In this document: positions 37,284-39,785 of the stretch, piece by piece | Layout of the letters: the number at the start of each line of letters is the position of its first letter | Numbering within the stretch: position 1 is the stretch's first letter | Assembly (NCBI GenBank): GCA_964562925.1 | Contig: CAZLVF010000003.1 | Span: forward strand, 32,467-72,251 | From: an uncultured Candidatus Bathyarchaeia archaeon | GTDB lineage: Archaea > Thermoproteota > Bathyarchaeia > 40CM-2-53-6 > CAVXDP01 | DNA: 39,785 nucleotides | Direction of reading: 5' to 3' | Made by a program: the position numbers and the translations under genes | Notes under the pieces: generated by a model | Databases searched by the model: none | What the model was told of the DNA's origin: nothing | Seen by the model: only the letters and a program-made list of their open reading frames with translations

Positions 37284-39068
37284 ATGATCATGTTAGACGT
37301 TAAGGATGTGAAGAGCCTTATCGATGTTGCTCTAGGACGAGGAAGAGCTGACCTTGTGGTGAAAGATGGTCGACTCGTGAACGTTTGCACAGGAGAGATC
37401 TTAGAGCGTGCAGGCGTTGCGATAAAGAACGGTCGCATAGCTTTTGTGGGAGACGTCGAGGAGGTTCAATGCAGTCGATCATCGATCCTCAGCGCCAAAG
37501 GACACTACCTCGTTCCCGGACTGATTGATGGGCACGTTCACATAGAGAGTTCGATGCTCACGCTGACTCAGTTTGCTCGTGTTGTTCTTCCGAGAGGAAC
37601 AACCACCGTCATGATAGATCCACATGAGATAGGAAACGTCCTCGGCCTAAGAGGCGTGCAGCTAATGTTAAGCGAGGCCAGAAGGCTTCCCCTCAAGGTA
37701 TTTGTCCAAGTTCCCTCATGCGTGTCTTCTGCTCCAGGACTGGAAACAACTGGCGCGACGATCGACTTGAGAGAGGTTAGGAAGGCGATGTCGTGGAATG
37801 GCGTTGTCGGGCTTGGAGAGGTTATGAACTTTCCAGACGTGTTGGGAAAGAGTTGGAAACTCTTACATGAGATACAGGAGGCCGAAAGAACAGGAAAGAC
37901 GATAGAAGGCCACGCCCCAAGAATGACCGAAGCTCAACTCAATGCCTACGCCAGTTCAAGGATCGAAGGAAACCATGAAGCCACTACAGGAGAAGAAGCA
38001 CTTGAGAACCTTCGCTTAGGCATCAAACTAGAGGTAAGAGAGGGTTCAAAGGAAAAGGATCTTAAGAAACTCCTCAAGGCTCTGCTCAAGGCCAGAGTAA
38101 ACCTGACTCGCTGCATGCTTGTTTCCGACGATAGGAGCGCAACAGACCTAGTCAAAGAAGGACATATGGATCACATCGTTAGAAGAGCTGTCGAAGAAGG
38201 AGTGGACCCGGTTCGAGCTTTACAGATGGCGACGATAAACCCCGCCGATCATTTCAAAGTAGGCAAGGATGTTGGAATGATAGCGCCGGGCAGAATCGCC
38301 GATATGCTCATCGTAAAACGCGTGGAAGATATGAAACCAGATACTGTGATGGCGAACGGCTTAATAATCGCGCGGAACAGTGTTCTTAGGTCAGACATAG
38401 AGGTTCCAAAATACCCAAACTACGTGCGAAAAAGCGTTCACGTCGGAAAAGAACTTTCCGGTGGGGACTTTGATGTTAGATCGCCTGTTGAAGACGGGTT
38501 AGTCAAAGGCCTAGTCATCGTTATCCCTGAAGATGGCATACTTACTAAGAAGCTAACTTACAACCTCATAGCAAAGGAAGGACTGCTTGAGGCCGACCCA
38601 TCCAACGACATCGTCAAGGTCTGTGTCGTCGAAAGACATAGAGCAACCGGGAATGTTGGGAAAGGATTCGTAAAAGGATTCGGTATGAAGAAGGGTGCGA
38701 TAGCATCAACCGTGGGCCACGACGCACACAACATAACTGTTCTCGGCGTACGTGGCGGTGATATGGCTTTCGCGGCCAATGTTGTATCCGACATGGATGG
38801 AGGTCTTGTAGCTGTCGAGTCAGGTCACGTACTTGCGAAGCTGACTCTCCCCATAGCAGGTCTGATGTCCGATCGACCTGCAGAAGAAGTTGCAAGCAAA
38901 CTCGAAGCCCTCGACAAAGCTGCGAAGAGACTTGGAGCAACTGTAGACAAACCATTCCTAGCTCTCTCTTTCATGCCGCTTATTGTCATCCCGGAGCTAA
39001 GGGTTACCGACAAAGGACTGGTTGATGTGGATCAGTTCAGGCTCACCAGCCTTATGCCACCAGACTAG
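37284..39068 (+). CDS. ade: adenine deaminase
   Basis: PGLIDGHVHIESS, DPHEIGNV, LGEVMNF, GHAP, HE, REGS, SDD, HDAHN and LIVIPELRVTDKG. Confidence 0.95.
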   Translation: MIMLDVKDVKSLIDVALGRGRADLVVKDGRLVNVCTGEILERAGVAIKNGRIAFVGDVEEVQCSRSSILSAKGHYLVPGLIDGHVHIESSMLTLTQFARVVLPRGTTTVMIDPHEIGNVLGLRGVQLMLSEARRLPLKVFVQVPSCVSSAPGLETTGATIDLREVRKAMSWNGVVGLGEVMNFPDVLGKSWKLLHEIQEAERTGKTIEGHAPRMTEAQLNAYASSRIEGNHEATTGEEALENLRLGIKLEVREGSKEKDLKKLLKALLKARVNLTRCMLVSDDRSATDLVKEGHMDHIVRRAVEEGVDPVRALQMATINPADHFKVGKDVGMIAPGRIADMLIVKRVEDMKPDTVMANGLIIARNSVLRSDIEVPKYPNYVRKSVHVGKELSGGDFDVRSPVEDGLVKGLVIVIPEDGILTKKLTYNLIAKEGLLEADPSNDIVKVCVVERHRATGNVGKGFVKGFGMKKGAIASTVGHDAHNITVLGVRGGDMAFAANVVSDMDGGLVAVESGHVLAKLTLPIAGLMSDRPAEEVASKLEALDKAAKRLGATVDKPFLALSFMPLIVIPELRVTDKGLVDVDQFRLTSLMPPD

Positions 39069-39079
39069 ATCGAACCGGT

Positions 39080-39760
39080 TTACGTAGAAGCCGGCCCATA
39101 GTGCGCAAGTATACTCCGTATTATCTTTACATCTGCCGATTCAGGAGCAATCTTGCTTGCTAGTTCGCTATAGTGCCCTACGAGATCTATCAGTCTCTTC
39201 GCATCGTGAAGATTGCGCTTTCCAAGAAACTCCTTGACTCGAGTAGCGTGGATGACGCTCTCAATGGCGGCATAGGAGCTTCGGCAATAGGGCGCATTCT
39301 TTCTTCCAGCAAATTCGACATGGACAGCTCTGCATCTGACCAGGCGGCGCAGTCCCTTAGTCGAGATGTTTGAAACAACGAACTCCACGTAAGAATCTGA
39401 GCCTTTCAATCGAGGTGCGTTTATCTTTCTGGCTGGCTCGAACCAGCTACTTGGAGGCGGCCCAACCCAAGGTTCCCGCTTCAGCGCCGTCTTGTAGAAC
39501 CTCCAAGGATCCGATGTCACGTTGACAACTCCGCATCTCGCTGTCCTCAGGTTGTCTAGAGTCTCCGTTCCAGCGAAGGGGCGCAGGATCATCCCTCTAG
39601 AACTGCTGACAGTTACGCCCAGCGGAGCCGCGTTAGGACGATCTTTGAAGCCCGCTGTGGTGACGATGGTCTCGTAGACGCGTCCTCGACGGAAACCGAG
39701 ATCAGATAGCGGCCTGCTTAAAGGTCTTCTCATATTTGTCCATTTGAACACATTCCACAA
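39080..39760 (-). CDS. DUF447 family protein
   Basis: ETIVTT..PNAAPLGV..FAGTETLDNL..GVVNV and AAIESVIHATR; start may be ATG 39733. Confidence 0.8.
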   Translation of the reverse strand: MWNVFKWTNMRRPLSRPLSDLGFRRGRVYETIVTTAGFKDRPNAAPLGVTVSSSRGMILRPFAGTETLDNLRTARCGVVNVTSDPWRFYKTALKREPWVGPPPSSWFEPARKINAPRLKGSDSYVEFVVSNISTKGLRRLVRCRAVHVEFAGRKNAPYCRSSYAAIESVIHATRVKEFLGKRNLHDAKRLIDLVGHYSELASKIAPESADVKIIRSILAHYGPAST

Positions 39761-39785
39761 GTAGATAAGCTCGCTGATCGTTCAG

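Overview
A gene-dense archaeal chromosomal segment of roughly 48% GC by eye, from a TACK-type lineage and most likely Bathyarchaeia (inferred from Rpo12, a TFS-like protein, an EndA with a crenarchaeal-type loop, frequent TTG starts and many zinc-ribbon-tailed proteins). Housekeeping genes include trmI, glyS, endA, thyA, rpoP, sod, acsA, ade, ribose-1,5-bisphosphate isomerase, a DRG GTPase, an HDAC, an M20 peptidase and a Nudix hydrolase. No rRNA, tRNA, CRISPR array or transposase was recognised. The most notable items are: (1) an HMG-CoA synthase-DUF35 fusion; (2) a SWIB/MDM2-like domain fused to a zinc ribbon, one of several proteins sharing a Pro-linker plus zinc-ribbon tail; (3) a TFS paralogue lacking the catalytic DE pair; (4) a lipS2-lplA-MBL hydrolase operon; (5) a CBS-HPF-like candidate ribosome hibernation factor; (6) two genes whose conserved N-termini lack a canonical start codon; (7) a yjbQ gene with an in-frame TGA; (8) a tandem palindromic operator before a wHTH regulator; and (9) a ~150-nt intergenic fold-back element. 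All family assignments come from motif recognition, not database searches.
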